Virus record (IMG/VR): IMGVR_UViG_3300036985_003303
Span: 1-64,000 of that record
Length of the DNA: 64,000 bases
Source: a virus
Reading direction: 5' to 3' (one strand)
Made by a program: the position numbers and the translations under genes. Each line of letters begins with the position of its first letter. Positions within the stretch are counted from its first letter, which is position 1. Of this stretch, positions 19,830 through 28,317 are shown in pieces. The notes beneath the pieces were generated by a model, which saw only the letters and a list, made by a program, of their open reading frames with translations, was not told the origin of the DNA and searched no databases.

Positions 19830-20431
19830 GCAGCTGCAAAGTTTACAGGTAAAAGATTTTCCTGAATCAATTTCTTAATGATGTCAGTCTTAGTAATACC
19901 CAAGTCTTTGAATGATAAAGTACAGATGAATTTAGGATCTGGTTTAACTTCAACAGACAATAACTTTTTCAATGCAGCCGTTGTAAAAATGTTGGACAAT
20001 GGTTCATTCTTTTTAATGCTTACCTCTTTAGTAAAACTATTTGGTGCTGCACATGTACCATTCTTGTGTTCTTTTGTAAAAGAAACTAACTCAGTGTCTG
20101 CAAATGTAACAAGGCTGTTAGTTTTATTTAACATGATCTCCTGCTTCCAAAGATTTAAAATTGTTTGTGTCAATTTATTTCTCTTAAAGATTTTAGCTTT
20201 CTTACTACTGTTCATAGCATAAAGTTCTTGAGGAGTGTACATATCAAGACCAACCATTAAATGTTTAAACATTTTGTATTGACCTTGAGTAAGTGTTGTG
20301 TAATCTACAACAGAAGTTGTTGGGAATTGCTTAGATTCCATCTGGCCGGAATACATTAATTCCTGTAAGCCATCAAAGCTGTTAACTGTTTTCATCTTAA
20401 ATGTTTTTTGTGGGGTGAATTTATTCGTCAA
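19826..20431 (-). CDS. Hypothetical protein
   Basis: 201-aa ORF overlapping neighbours. Confidence 0.7.
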   Translation of the reverse strand: MTNKFTPQKTFKMKTVNSFDGLQELMYSGQMESKQFPTTSVVDYTTLTQGQYKMFKHLMVGLDMYTPQELYAMNSSKKAKIFKRNKLTQTILNLWKQEIMLNKTNSLVTFADTELVSFTKEHKNGTCAAPNSFTKEVSIKKNEPLSNIFTTAALKKLLSVEVKPDPKFICTLSFKDLGITKTDIIKKLIQENLLPVNFAAA

Positions 20432-20657
20432 GATCTATGTCATCGGGGAACTCCATGTCCTCTGGTAGATCTTCTATGTAATCTTCTACAAACTGAATGT
20501 TTTCTGTAGTATCTTCAACAACATCAAAAGGATTTGTATCTCCTATGCTACTTCCAAAGTTTGATTCATCAAGATAGCGCAAGTCTTCGTCAGACATTCT
20601 GAGATAAGCCTCAATGCTAATATTAATAATTTTACCATTTGGAAGTTGATATATCAT
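20421..20657 (-). CDS. Small acidic hypothetical protein
   Basis: 78-aa ORF with acidic tail. Confidence 0.65.
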   Translation of the reverse strand: MIYQLPNGKIINISIEAYLRMSDEDLRYLDESNFGSSIGDTNPFDVVEDTTENIQFVEDYIEDLPEDMEFPDDIDLDE

Positions 20658-20664
20658 GAATTAA

Positions 20665-21072
20665 TTACATAATTGTTATTTCTTTTTGGTTTGGAATATA
20701 GCTGGTGTAGACATCAACTACTGCTGTTATTTCAGAACTATCAGTAATTAAAGCTAAACCGGTATAGCCCGTGATTGGATTTATATGTTCAACTAGGACA
20801 CGAATATACAAATCATTTACTATAAGAGCATTGTCTTCATAGTATTTTTTGTATGGACCAGGGTATGAACTTACAGTAAGCGGTACATATATGTAGTCAC
20901 CTTCTTGAAAATGTTTCTCATTGTTTCTGAGTTTCTTTTCATTAAGGAAATCTACAAGCATGTCTTTGTCAGACACGTTCTCTAATAAAAATTTGAGTAA
21001 TCTTTGTTGTGTTACTTTAGGAGCACTGTAAAACTTTGTTTCTAACAAGTCAGCAAGATTTTCTTTTGTCAT
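20665..21072 (-). CDS. Hypothetical protein
   Basis: 135-aa ORF. Confidence 0.65.
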   Translation of the reverse strand: MTKENLADLLETKFYSAPKVTQQRLLKFLLENVSDKDMLVDFLNEKKLRNNEKHFQEGDYIYVPLTVSSYPGPYKKYYEDNALIVNDLYIRVLVEHINPITGYTGLALITDSSEITAVVDVYTSYIPNQKEITIM

Positions 21073-21366
21073 GGGTTACGCTACCATTGCGGATACATAA
21101 ATAATTTCTTTATCACCATGAAGTATATTAAAAGTTTTAACTGCTTCAATGTAATCTTTTGCAACAATGTTAATGCCTGAACAAAGTTCTGTAGCAAGGA
21201 CAAAGCAAATGTGGAATTTTTTCATAGTTTAATTTTTAAAAGTTAAAGGGTAGGTAATGTCACAAACCTACCCTCATGTACAACCAGTGCAAGTCTATCC
21301 TTGCTGTCTTAGCGTCATTAGAATAAAGAACCACCGCGAGTTAGACTACAACGGTGGCTCAAATAT

Positions 21367-21903
21367 TCACCCTACATGCTCTACAATATCAAATTCTAAT
21401 TCAGTGTATCCTTCAGGTACTTTTTCTGATACAGAAATCAAATTGCGTGACCATAGTCCTACAATTTCTGAATCCCCCCTGAAATCACCGCCTCCTCTAC
21501 CGTTACCTTCGCAGGTTAACAATGGAAGCGGGTGTATTTGCCAACCATCTTTATCTGTAGGAACAGTTGTTTTGTCAACGTATTCCTTGGTATCATGGTT
21601 GATTACATATCGGCTTTTTGTTTTAGATAATGGAGTTTTAGGTTTTAATATTGTTATATCTTCACAAAGACTATAAAAATTATCTCCATCTTCAGAACCG
21701 TCTACTGCATCAGCATAATCACCACACCAGGTAACAGGCATTGGATTTTTGTAGATTAAATTTTCAAATGACTTTACAAAATCATTTTTCATCCATGAAT
21801 GTTCCATTAACTTGGATCCTGAACCATATTGGTATGAAGATACCCAACCAATTACATTTTTCTTTTCTTTGTCTAGCAAGATTGCTTTATAATACTGTCC
21901 CAT
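21367..21903 (-). CDS. Hypothetical phage protein (MGQYY family)
   Basis: 178-aa ORF, GSKLMEHSW and HPLPLLTCEGNGRGGGD motifs. Confidence 0.7.
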   Translation of the reverse strand: MGQYYKAILLDKEKKNVIGWVSSYQYGSGSKLMEHSWMKNDFVKSFENLIYKNPMPVTWCGDYADAVDGSEDGDNFYSLCEDITILKPKTPLSKTKSRYVINHDTKEYVDKTTVPTDKDGWQIHPLPLLTCEGNGRGGGDFRGDSEIVGLWSRNLISVSEKVPEGYTELEFDIVEHVG

Positions 21904-21906
21904 GTT

Positions 21907-22512
21907 TTAAATTTTTGCGTAATGTGTTTCTCCACTGCTGAATCTAGCAGTGACTTTTAATGGCATAGAGTTTTCTTTGAAGAAATCTTCTACAACTTCA
22001 ATCAATTCATCTGTTATATTGGAAGCAAATCGTTCAGCATTTTTGCATTGAATCTTTATCATACCTGCTGGCATATCTGAATACCATTGCGCATCTGCTA
22101 AGAAATCAATTTGATCCATGTTCACATCGCATGCATCATAGGTAATATACCAATCAAGACTTGCGCCTTCATAGTATGCACCTCGTACTACACAATTAAT
22201 GTTTACTGTAACATCAATGTCACCAAACTTCTTGTTCTTATAGAACTGAAACTGGGGTATAGATGCATAACTTCTGAGTTCATGTGGATCTTCGTCACAT
22301 GTATGGTGATAACTGAATCCCTTTGTTGGAGCCAATTCCATAGCGTTTTCTTGTAAGTTGGTAAAGAAGTCATCACATTCCCATGATTCAGGAGCACAAT
22401 CTTCCATCTCATCTGTTTCTTCTCCTTCAGAATCCAATACTGGTCGCTCATAGTTCATCAACACCGCATAAACATTACGCGCATTGACATTGTGAAAGTT
22501 GCTTGTTCCCAT
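21907..22512 (-). CDS. Hypothetical protein
   Basis: 201-aa ORF. Confidence 0.7.
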   Translation of the reverse strand: MGTSNFHNVNARNVYAVLMNYERPVLDSEGEETDEMEDCAPESWECDDFFTNLQENAMELAPTKGFSYHHTCDEDPHELRSYASIPQFQFYKNKKFGDIDVTVNINCVVRGAYYEGASLDWYITYDACDVNMDQIDFLADAQWYSDMPAGMIKIQCKNAERFASNITDELIEVVEDFFKENSMPLKVTARFSSGETHYAKI

Positions 22513-22680
22513 GTTAAATGTTTTTTAGGGTGGGTAATAATTTGATTTGTTGTTCTTGTTCTAATCTTAACTCCGTGCCACTTTTGTGGTAGAACTTGCG
22601 GGTTAACTTTTTTAATATACCTTGTTCAGGCCATACATTTTCATGTCCCGGAAGACAACACATTAGTGGAAATGGTTCAA

Positions 22681-23127
22681 CTACTCTTGATTTTCTCGCC
22701 ATGCTATTACAGATTGTTCTTGGTTATACAATTCTTCATACCCAATTAAGATTTGAGCTATGTAATCAACTCCTCCATTAAGATCCAGGAGGTCTAGTAG
22801 AATTTCCGGGCACATGTTGTACAATTCTTTGATTGTAAATTCATGATGTCCGCTCATTCTTACATTTAGATGAGGGCAATGATTATGCATGTGATAACAT
22901 AATTCATCTAATTCAGTAAGTGTCATGTCATAACCATTTTGTTCAAATGATTTTCCTCTACTTAAAGCTTCTTTGGGAGTTAAACTTAGGAACGCCATGT
23001 GTCCATCTTCCCGTCTACCGCAATATCTGATTTTTTGTGTCATAGGATTTAAATTATAGGATAGCACCTTTGATGTAATCTCCGGCACTAACCCTTGTTT
23101 CTTAAAATGGAAATCCGTCATCTTCAA
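22681..23127 (-). CDS. Hypothetical protein
   Basis: 148-aa ORF. Confidence 0.6.
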   Translation of the reverse strand: MKMTDFHFKKQGLVPEITSKVLSYNLNPMTQKIRYCGRREDGHMAFLSLTPKEALSRGKSFEQNGYDMTLTELDELCYHMHNHCPHLNVRMSGHHEFTIKELYNMCPEILLDLLDLNGGVDYIAQILIGYEELYNQEQSVIAWRENQE

Positions 23128-23899
23128 TCATTTGGTCAAGACCTTGGTCACAAATGTCTTGAGCAATTTCACCGTTGAGTCCTGACCAATGTTTTTGTTC
23201 TGTTGGCTTTGGGGATTCCTGTGGTGATGATAGTAACTTGCGTTCTTTGTCATGGACATTGAACATGTTGAACATGTCATCATACAAGCGCACATTGACT
23301 CTAGTGTTATCTATTGTTTCTTTTGATAGGCAATCTAGCGCAAATGCTTGGCGTTTTTCTGAAAGGTTTCTTTCTTTGTATGAGTTCATACCTAACAGCG
23401 CAATGTCACTTCTGTGCTGAATGTAGTATCCCCATGCAAATGCTGAATACGCTGTACCATGCAATGATTTGTATGAAAGTTCCATATCTTCTGCATCAGC
23501 CTTATCGGTTGGAGAGAAATAGAATTTTATTGTAGTCCCTACTCCTGTAAGAACAATATACTTTCTAAGCACGGTGTCATTACCCATACGGTTTATAGCA
23601 GGCTGACGATACTTTTCATCATAAATAGCCTTAGCTTCTTTGCGCATGATCATTGATTCGATTTCTCTGTGGCGAGATGCAAGGTTTTTGTTATTAGATT
23701 GTTCATCTCTTGTTTCTACAGCTTTAGCAATACGCATCCAAGTGTTGAACATTTTCTTTAAGAAGTACTTTTTGTTATCTAAATACACATACTGCGTAGT
23801 GATATTAATAACAGTTCTTTCTGCATTTTCAATGTTGAATACATCACCGATGCTTGCCTTGTTTTTACTCAAGGTCTTTACTGGTTGAAATGCTTTCAT
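23102..23899 (-). CDS. Hypothetical protein
   Basis: 265-aa ORF ending DDGFPF. Confidence 0.7.
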   Translation of the reverse strand: MKAFQPVKTLSKNKASIGDVFNIENAERTVINITTQYVYLDNKKYFLKKMFNTWMRIAKAVETRDEQSNNKNLASRHREIESMIMRKEAKAIYDEKYRQPAINRMGNDTVLRKYIVLTGVGTTIKFYFSPTDKADAEDMELSYKSLHGTAYSAFAWGYYIQHRSDIALLGMNSYKERNLSEKRQAFALDCLSKETIDNTRVNVRLYDDMFNMFNVHDKERKLLSSPQESPKPTEQKHWSGLNGEIAQDICDQGLDQMIEDDGFPF

Positions 23900-24258
23900 G
23901 GTTGTATGATTTGAATTTTTTGACTAAACTCTCCATTCCAATTAGCAGTTACTCCTGCGTCTTGAAATATTTTTACAATTTCATTGCCGTTACCTGACCA
24001 ACTTAACCAACATTCACCTGATTCTTTAAGGTCGGCTGCTGCTTGTTCATGGTAGAATACAACTTTGTCAACTTTATCATCTGGTACAGCGAGCCAACCA
24101 CATGAGTTGCAACACAAAAAGTTTTGCTTTGCAAAGTATCCATTCTTTCTTAAAACTGTAAAAGCTTTGTTGATTTTTTTCTTTCCTTCTGTCATCTTAT
24201 TCTGATTTAAAGGTTTGATTGTAATATTCTTCATCTGCATAATCATTACTTCCGTCAT
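23896..24258 (-). CDS. DUF6891-like protein
   Basis: AFTVLRKNGYFAKQNFLCCNSCGW, VFYHEQ, WNG motifs. Confidence 0.5.
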   Translation of the reverse strand: MTEVMIMQMKNITIKPLNQNKMTEGKKKINKAFTVLRKNGYFAKQNFLCCNSCGWLAVPDDKVDKVVFYHEQAAADLKESGECWLSWSGNGNEIVKIFQDAGVTANWNGEFSQKIQIIQP

Positions 24259-24388
24259 ACCATTTCATGTAAGCATCTTTTATCTGCTGCTTTTCTAATT
24301 CTTTTGCTTGTTCAAATGACTTTCTCATTTCTAATAAGTTGCCAGAATGTTTTATGTATTGGTATTCTAACCATTCTACTGCTGTCAT
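24197..24388 (-). CDS. Small phage protein (MTAVEWL...EKQQIKDAY)
   Basis: ATG at 24388; the longer track ORF runs through the tRNA-like element and is unlikely to be translated in full. Confidence 0.6.
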   Translation of the reverse strand: MTAVEWLEYQYIKHSGNLLEMRKSFEQAKELEKQQIKDAYMKWYDGSNDYADEEYYNQTFKSE

Positions 24389-24481
24389 CTCTTTTGATTT
24401 AAAATGTACTGCGAATAGCACAATGCCATTAACAATACTGTGATTACTATTTCCTTCATAGGAATTAATTTTAGGGGTTAG

Positions 24482-24553
24482 AGGTATAGGAGGGAGTCGA
24501 ACCCTCACACATAGCGTTGTTGCTACAGCTCTGCCAGTTGAGCTTACTATACC
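24482..24553 (-). ncRNA. tRNA-like element / pseudo-tRNA with non-canonical anticodon arm
   Basis: Acceptor GGTATAG/CTATACC, D-arm AGCTC-AACTGGCA-GAGCT, stem GTAGC/GCTAT with 6-nt loop AACAAC, T-arm GAGGG-TTCGACT-CCCTC; no CCA. Confidence 0.75.
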
Positions 24554-24576
24554 GACCATCTGGGTTGCAGACAGTA

Positions 24577-24855
24577 TTAATATTCAGGACCGAGATCAAT
24601 CCACTCACCTCCTTCATAGATCTCAAGGTCATGGATGAATCCATCCTTACCAAGAACCATACGTTGGTCAGTATAATTTACTGCAATCTTGCCATTAGGT
24701 AGACGAAATACAGATGGTTTTTCCTTACCGTTTATTCTGATTACATTTTTGATAAAGCGCATTTCAGAAAAACTGAAGTGATCTGTTGTTGCAATATGCT
24801 TAGGTACTCCTGACTCCATTCCGAAGGCAGCAAGTAATAAGATTAGAAATTTCAT
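24577..24855 (-). CDS. Hypothetical protein with signal peptide-like N-terminus
   Basis: MKFLILLLAAFG start. Confidence 0.6.
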   Translation of the reverse strand: MKFLILLLAAFGMESGVPKHIATTDHFSFSEMRFIKNVIRINGKEKPSVFRLPNGKIAVNYTDQRMVLGKDGFIHDLEIYEGGEWIDLGPEY

Positions 24856-24875
24856 TTGTTTTTTTCTTTAAGTAA

Positions 24876-25367
24876 TTAAATAAACTTTTTTTTCTGTAAG
24901 AGCACTATGATTTCATTGGCTTCATTTTCCGCCCATGTTATCATCTCTTCTTCATGAGTACCCCATTGGTCATTGTATAACCTACCAGCCATGTGCATAC
25001 ACTCGTGCATCACGCAGGTGTAGACTTCATGATTACTATAGTTATTTTGTAATGAACCTATGTTTAGGAATATAAATGGTAAAGGACTCTTGTCAAGATT
25101 TTTATCTCTTGGATGGTAGTTACATAGACCGTCAATATACGATCCACCTTCAGCGATTCTATCTTCAGCTCCTGAAAGGGATAGTCCATGCATACCTGTT
25201 ACACGGTAATGTAAGAACACTTGCTTGGCATCACAACCTAGAAGTAATTCATATTGCCCGCGGTCTATACTGAGAATAGTTTCAGGCATTCTTTTTTTAG
25301 AAGTAATTGTCTTTACACAAAAGAGAATAAAGAATAGTGTTGCTAGTAATAACAGTGTTGTCTTCAT
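24876..25367 (-). CDS. Putative membrane-anchored or secreted Zn-metallopeptidase
   Basis: Hydrophobic N-terminus, VMHECMH (HExxH), downstream HEEE. Confidence 0.55.
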   Translation of the reverse strand: MKTTLLLLATLFFILFCVKTITSKKRMPETILSIDRGQYELLLGCDAKQVFLHYRVTGMHGLSLSGAEDRIAEGGSYIDGLCNYHPRDKNLDKSPLPFIFLNIGSLQNNYSNHEVYTCVMHECMHMAGRLYNDQWGTHEEEMITWAENEANEIIVLLQKKKFI

Positions 25368-25507
25368 ATTGATTTGTTTTGTGTGTCAACTTTACCGTAT
25401 GCATCACAGTGCTGATACTTGCTGTGTGCACATGATGTTACGGCAATTAAGATTAGGGTAGCAAAAGCTGTGAGTAAAATTACTCTGGGTACAATAGTTG
25501 TTTTCAT
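25364..25507 (-). CDS. 47-aa putative lipoprotein (YQHCDAYG family)
   Basis: ATG at 25507: MKTTIVPRVILLTAFATLILIAVTS-CAHSKYQHCDAYG; lipobox-like VTS-C. Confidence 0.6.
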   Translation of the reverse strand: MKTTIVPRVILLTAFATLILIAVTSCAHSKYQHCDAYGKVDTQNKSI

Positions 25508-25537
25508 TTGTCTAAAGGTTTTTAAAATGAAGTGAAT

Positions 25538-25592
25538 AAAAAAAAGATTTTGTTGATGCTCTACACTTGCAGCATATTCCGATACAAAATCT
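25538..25592 (-). terminator. Terminator-like hairpin
   Basis: AGATTTTG/CAAAATCT outer and ATGCT/AGCAT inner stems followed on the minus strand by a T-run. Confidence 0.4.
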
Positions 25593-26101
25593 AATAAAAA
25601 TCTTGAGCAATCAATAGTGGATTCAAATGCATACTTCTTCCTTTGCTGGCCAATACATTCTAGATACTTTGGGGTTACGCACATTAGTATCCATAGTGCC
25701 GGTGACTGGTTACACCTTTTTTGTTTGCATGATAAGCGGGTAGTTCAAATCCCTAGGTACTTCGACACTGAGAACTATGATTGCGTCTGTTAAGAATAAA
25801 ATATGAGGGACTACCCCTCTGCACTCAGTTGTAAGTTCAATACTTCTCTATAACATGGAGATTTTGTTCCTGAGCAATTAAGCCTAACTCCTAGTATATT
25901 TTACCTACAACTGCTCACCCTTGGGAGAATGATTAAATGTTTCTGTACGTCCAACAAGCATGACTTGTGTTGTTTCTGTTTCTTAATCATTGTGGTTTCA
26001 CATCTTACATCCTTTCATGCGGTTAAACCCATGAGCCTTGTTAGCATTACAAGTTAACCTTCCTGTAAGAAGTCTTTATATCCACATGAGAATGGTGCAT
26101 T

Positions 26102-26138
26102 AAAAAATGGAAGAGCATATACGGCACCATCTCTTCCA
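26102..26138 (-). terminator. Intrinsic terminator
   Basis: TGGAAGAG/CTCTTCCA stem plus 6-nt T-run on the minus strand after the 26172 stop. Confidence 0.65.
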
Positions 26139-26171
26139 GTATAGGTTACAAGCCCGACCTAGATGCGTAGG

Positions 26172-26354
26172 TCATTCAGTAGGATAATCAGGTTCATCTC
26201 TTGGATCTTCCTGGTTCTGCATAAATACATTGGCATTAACACAATCTTTGTTATTGAATACCACTACTTCCATTATATTTTTTGCTTGTTGAACTGTGAG
26301 GTCATTGAAGATTTCCACATGTCCTCTTCCGAAGTGTAAGATAACTGTCCACAT
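26172..26354 (-). CDS. Small hypothetical protein
   Basis: 60-aa ORF followed by a terminator. Confidence 0.55.
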   Translation of the reverse strand: MWTVILHFGRGHVEIFNDLTVQQAKNIMEVVVFNNKDCVNANVFMQNQEDPRDEPDYPTE

Positions 26355-26355
26355 A

Positions 26356-26628
26356 CTAATCTTTTTTAGGAGTATAGCTGTTTTGTGTATTGATTTCTGA
26401 AACTATTGTTTTACTTGATTTCATTGGTCTTACAGCTCTTTCATTTGTAGATACTATAGAAGAGAATACTATAGAGAGTAGAAACAAAGTTTCAAACCCT
26501 AATGTAGTAGTAGACCAAGTAGTGAAGTCTATCCAAGCGTTGTTCTTCATACCGTAAAAAAATTGCTGTAGTCCTAATGCTATGGATAGGTTGATACAGA
26601 CTTTGCTAAGAATGGTTATTGTTTTCAT
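26356..26628 (-). CDS. Small membrane protein
   Basis: Two hydrophobic segments. Confidence 0.55.
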   Translation of the reverse strand: MKTITILSKVCINLSIALGLQQFFYGMKNNAWIDFTTWSTTTLGFETLFLLSIVFSSIVSTNERAVRPMKSSKTIVSEINTQNSYTPKKD

Positions 26629-26732
26629 ATAACTATATTATTATGACTAATTAGTGATTTTGAGCCTTATGCTCTTTTAAAGATTTAGGTGGGTGGTGAT
26701 CTTACTTATGCACAAAAGAACCCATTACATAT

Positions 26733-26773
26733 AAAAAATACCCTAATCTTGTTTGTGTGATGAGATTAGGGTA
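26733..26773 (-). terminator. Intrinsic terminator
   Basis: TACCCTAATCT/AGATTAGGGTA 11-bp stem plus T-run on the minus strand. Confidence 0.7.
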
Positions 26774-26858
26774 CTATAATGGCATGGTATTCTTCGCGTG
26801 TAAACAAGAATAGCCTTAATAAGCTCCTTATCAAGCCGTTATAGGGCCTTATAGGGAC

Positions 26859-27059
26859 TTAAAAGTCAACTCCTTCAGTGTATCCACACTTAGCGAGAAA
26901 TGGAGCTTCGCATGCTACTACACACTTACCCTTTTCCCATTTGGCTAGGAATTGTACTTTGTGTGTTAGTGCTTGCAGGCGAAAGTCATAGTATTCTCTG
27001 CTTGTCATTGTACATTCTACAATGAAGTTTTCTGTGTAATCTGTTTTGTTTTGTGACAT
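26859..27059 (-). CDS. Small hypothetical protein
   Basis: 66-aa ORF. Confidence 0.6.
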   Translation of the reverse strand: MSQNKTDYTENFIVECTMTSREYYDFRLQALTHKVQFLAKWEKGKCVVACEAPFLAKCGYTEGVDF

Positions 27060-27121
27060 TTTGTGATAGTATTTAATGAATAATTAGACACTTCCCCTTC
27101 CTGATGATAGTAACTTACCAA

Positions 27122-27435
27122 TTTTTTGGGAGTGGTGTGAATGTGGGACTGTAATTTCGCGGAAGTCTGAAACGAAGAGTTTCAGCCCACGGAGTGTTGC
27201 CCGCGGCAGCGAGCCAAGGTATAGCCAGGCGCGTAGGATCTGCAAGATCCTGTTAGCCGACACCATGCATACCATGGGCTAGTAATCCCCAGGAGTCTGA
27301 ACCTGGGTTCAGCCCTCGGAGAGCAAGGGTTGCCCAACGGCAGGGCGAAGCCCTTATAAGAGTTGATCGGGAAGAAGCCCAGGCGGCAGAAACCGGAGGT
27401 TTCAATGAGCCGACACAATGCTTTTTTGGGAGTGG
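27122..27435. other. GC-rich structured non-coding island bracketed by a 14-nt direct repeat
   Basis: About 55% GC by hand count (166/300), TTTTTTGGGAGTGG at 27122 and 27422, many hairpins, internal 130-nt-period duplication. Confidence 0.7.
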
Positions 27436-27456
27436 GCGGGTGTGGTGATAGTAACC

Positions 27457-27498
27457 AAAAAAATAATGCCTGTCACTCCGAAGAGCAACAGGCGTTAT
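27457..27498 (-). terminator. cUUCGg-loop terminator followed by TTACTATCAC
   Basis: ATAATGCCTGT/ACAGGCGTTAT stem, CGAA loop on plus strand, A-run; GTGATAGTAA at 27445-27454. Confidence 0.8.
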
Positions 27499-27502
27499 CT
27501 TA

Positions 27503-28171
27503 TTATCGCTTGCGTAATTCAGCAAGCATTGCACGAGCATCAGCAACACGGTCTTCACGGTCAAGGTTACGAATGTCCCTAACTTTCAACTTGGAAGCCT
27601 TTGCAATGCGAAGCATTTCAAGGTTGTCCTTAGCCTTGTCAAGTTTCTCCAAAGCAAGCATTGCCTGAATTGGTTCGCAGAATGACTTAGCAATAGTACC
27701 ACGCGAAGGGTTTTCTTGATTGTTGTTAGGAACCAAATAAGAACCGTTTGTAGACAACAACTTGAATGAGTCTGCACCGTGGTAGTGGAACGGAACCATG
27801 TCGCCTAACTTGATTGAACCTGAAGCGAAGCAATCAGATAAAGCAAGGTCGCCTGCAATTACAACTTTCTTATCTCCGAACTCGAAGTGAAATGAGTAAC
27901 CGTCTGAATGAACAAGTTCTAAGTCCATAGTATAGACAACAGTACCGTTAAGCGCATTGCGAGGTGTAATACCATTAGCAACTAACTCAACAGGAGCGAC
28001 AGCAGGAGCTGATTCAAGACTGATAGACAAACTTGTTGCTAAAGCAATAAGAGTGTCAACGTCCATAGCTTGCAAAGACTTTTTAGTAATACTGTTAGCT
28101 TTGCAAATAGCTTTTTGAGCAAAGATTGTTTCAACAACGTCTGCTTGAGTAAATGTGGAAGTAGTTTCCAT
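27503..28171 (-). CDS. Early hypothetical protein
   Basis: 222-aa ORF with its own upstream motif and terminator. Confidence 0.75.
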   Translation of the reverse strand: METTSTFTQADVVETIFAQKAICKANSITKKSLQAMDVDTLIALATSLSISLESAPAVAPVELVANGITPRNALNGTVVYTMDLELVHSDGYSFHFEFGDKKVVIAGDLALSDCFASGSIKLGDMVPFHYHGADSFKLLSTNGSYLVPNNNQENPSRGTIAKSFCEPIQAMLALEKLDKAKDNLEMLRIAKASKLKVRDIRNLDREDRVADARAMLAELRKR

Positions 28172-28295
28172 AATAAATTTTGCGTTTTATACCCGCACGG
28201 TTTTAAAAAAGGATAACACATTTATCTGTTGGCTGTGTAGACACCAATGCTTTAGCAAACTACGAAGAGTAAGACAGCCCGTAAGGGAAAAAAGC

Positions 28296-28317
28296 ACCGA
28301 AGGGGTGAATTTACATT
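28296..28317 (-). promoter_or_regulatory. 22-nt early motif, copy 1
   Basis: Plus strand ACCGAAGGGGTGAATTTACATT. Confidence 0.6.

Noticed and set aside
24389-24559. 5' extension of ORF 24197-24559
   Set aside because: It translates through the tRNA-like element; the ATG at 24388 gives a typical small phage protein.
1309-24702. Numerous antisense or alternative-frame ORFs in the track (e.g. 1313+, 3114+, 19878+, 21257+, 23175+)
   Set aside because: They shadow well-supported genes and have no promoter or motif support; only 14835+ has independent support.
25736-25756. Second tRNA suggested by GTTCAAATCC
   Set aside because: No complementary 5-bp T-stem and no D-arm or acceptor stem around it.
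27101-27185. Hammerhead ribozyme suggested by CTGATGA and a downstream GAAAC
   Set aside because: Stem II cannot close (T after CUGAUGA, T before GAAA), and stem III/cleavage-site geometry does not fit.
27084-27668. ORFs called across the GC-rich island (27084, 27182, 27253, 27363)
   Set aside because: Overlapping in several frames, atypical composition, no leader; long ORFs are expected in stop-poor GC-rich DNA.
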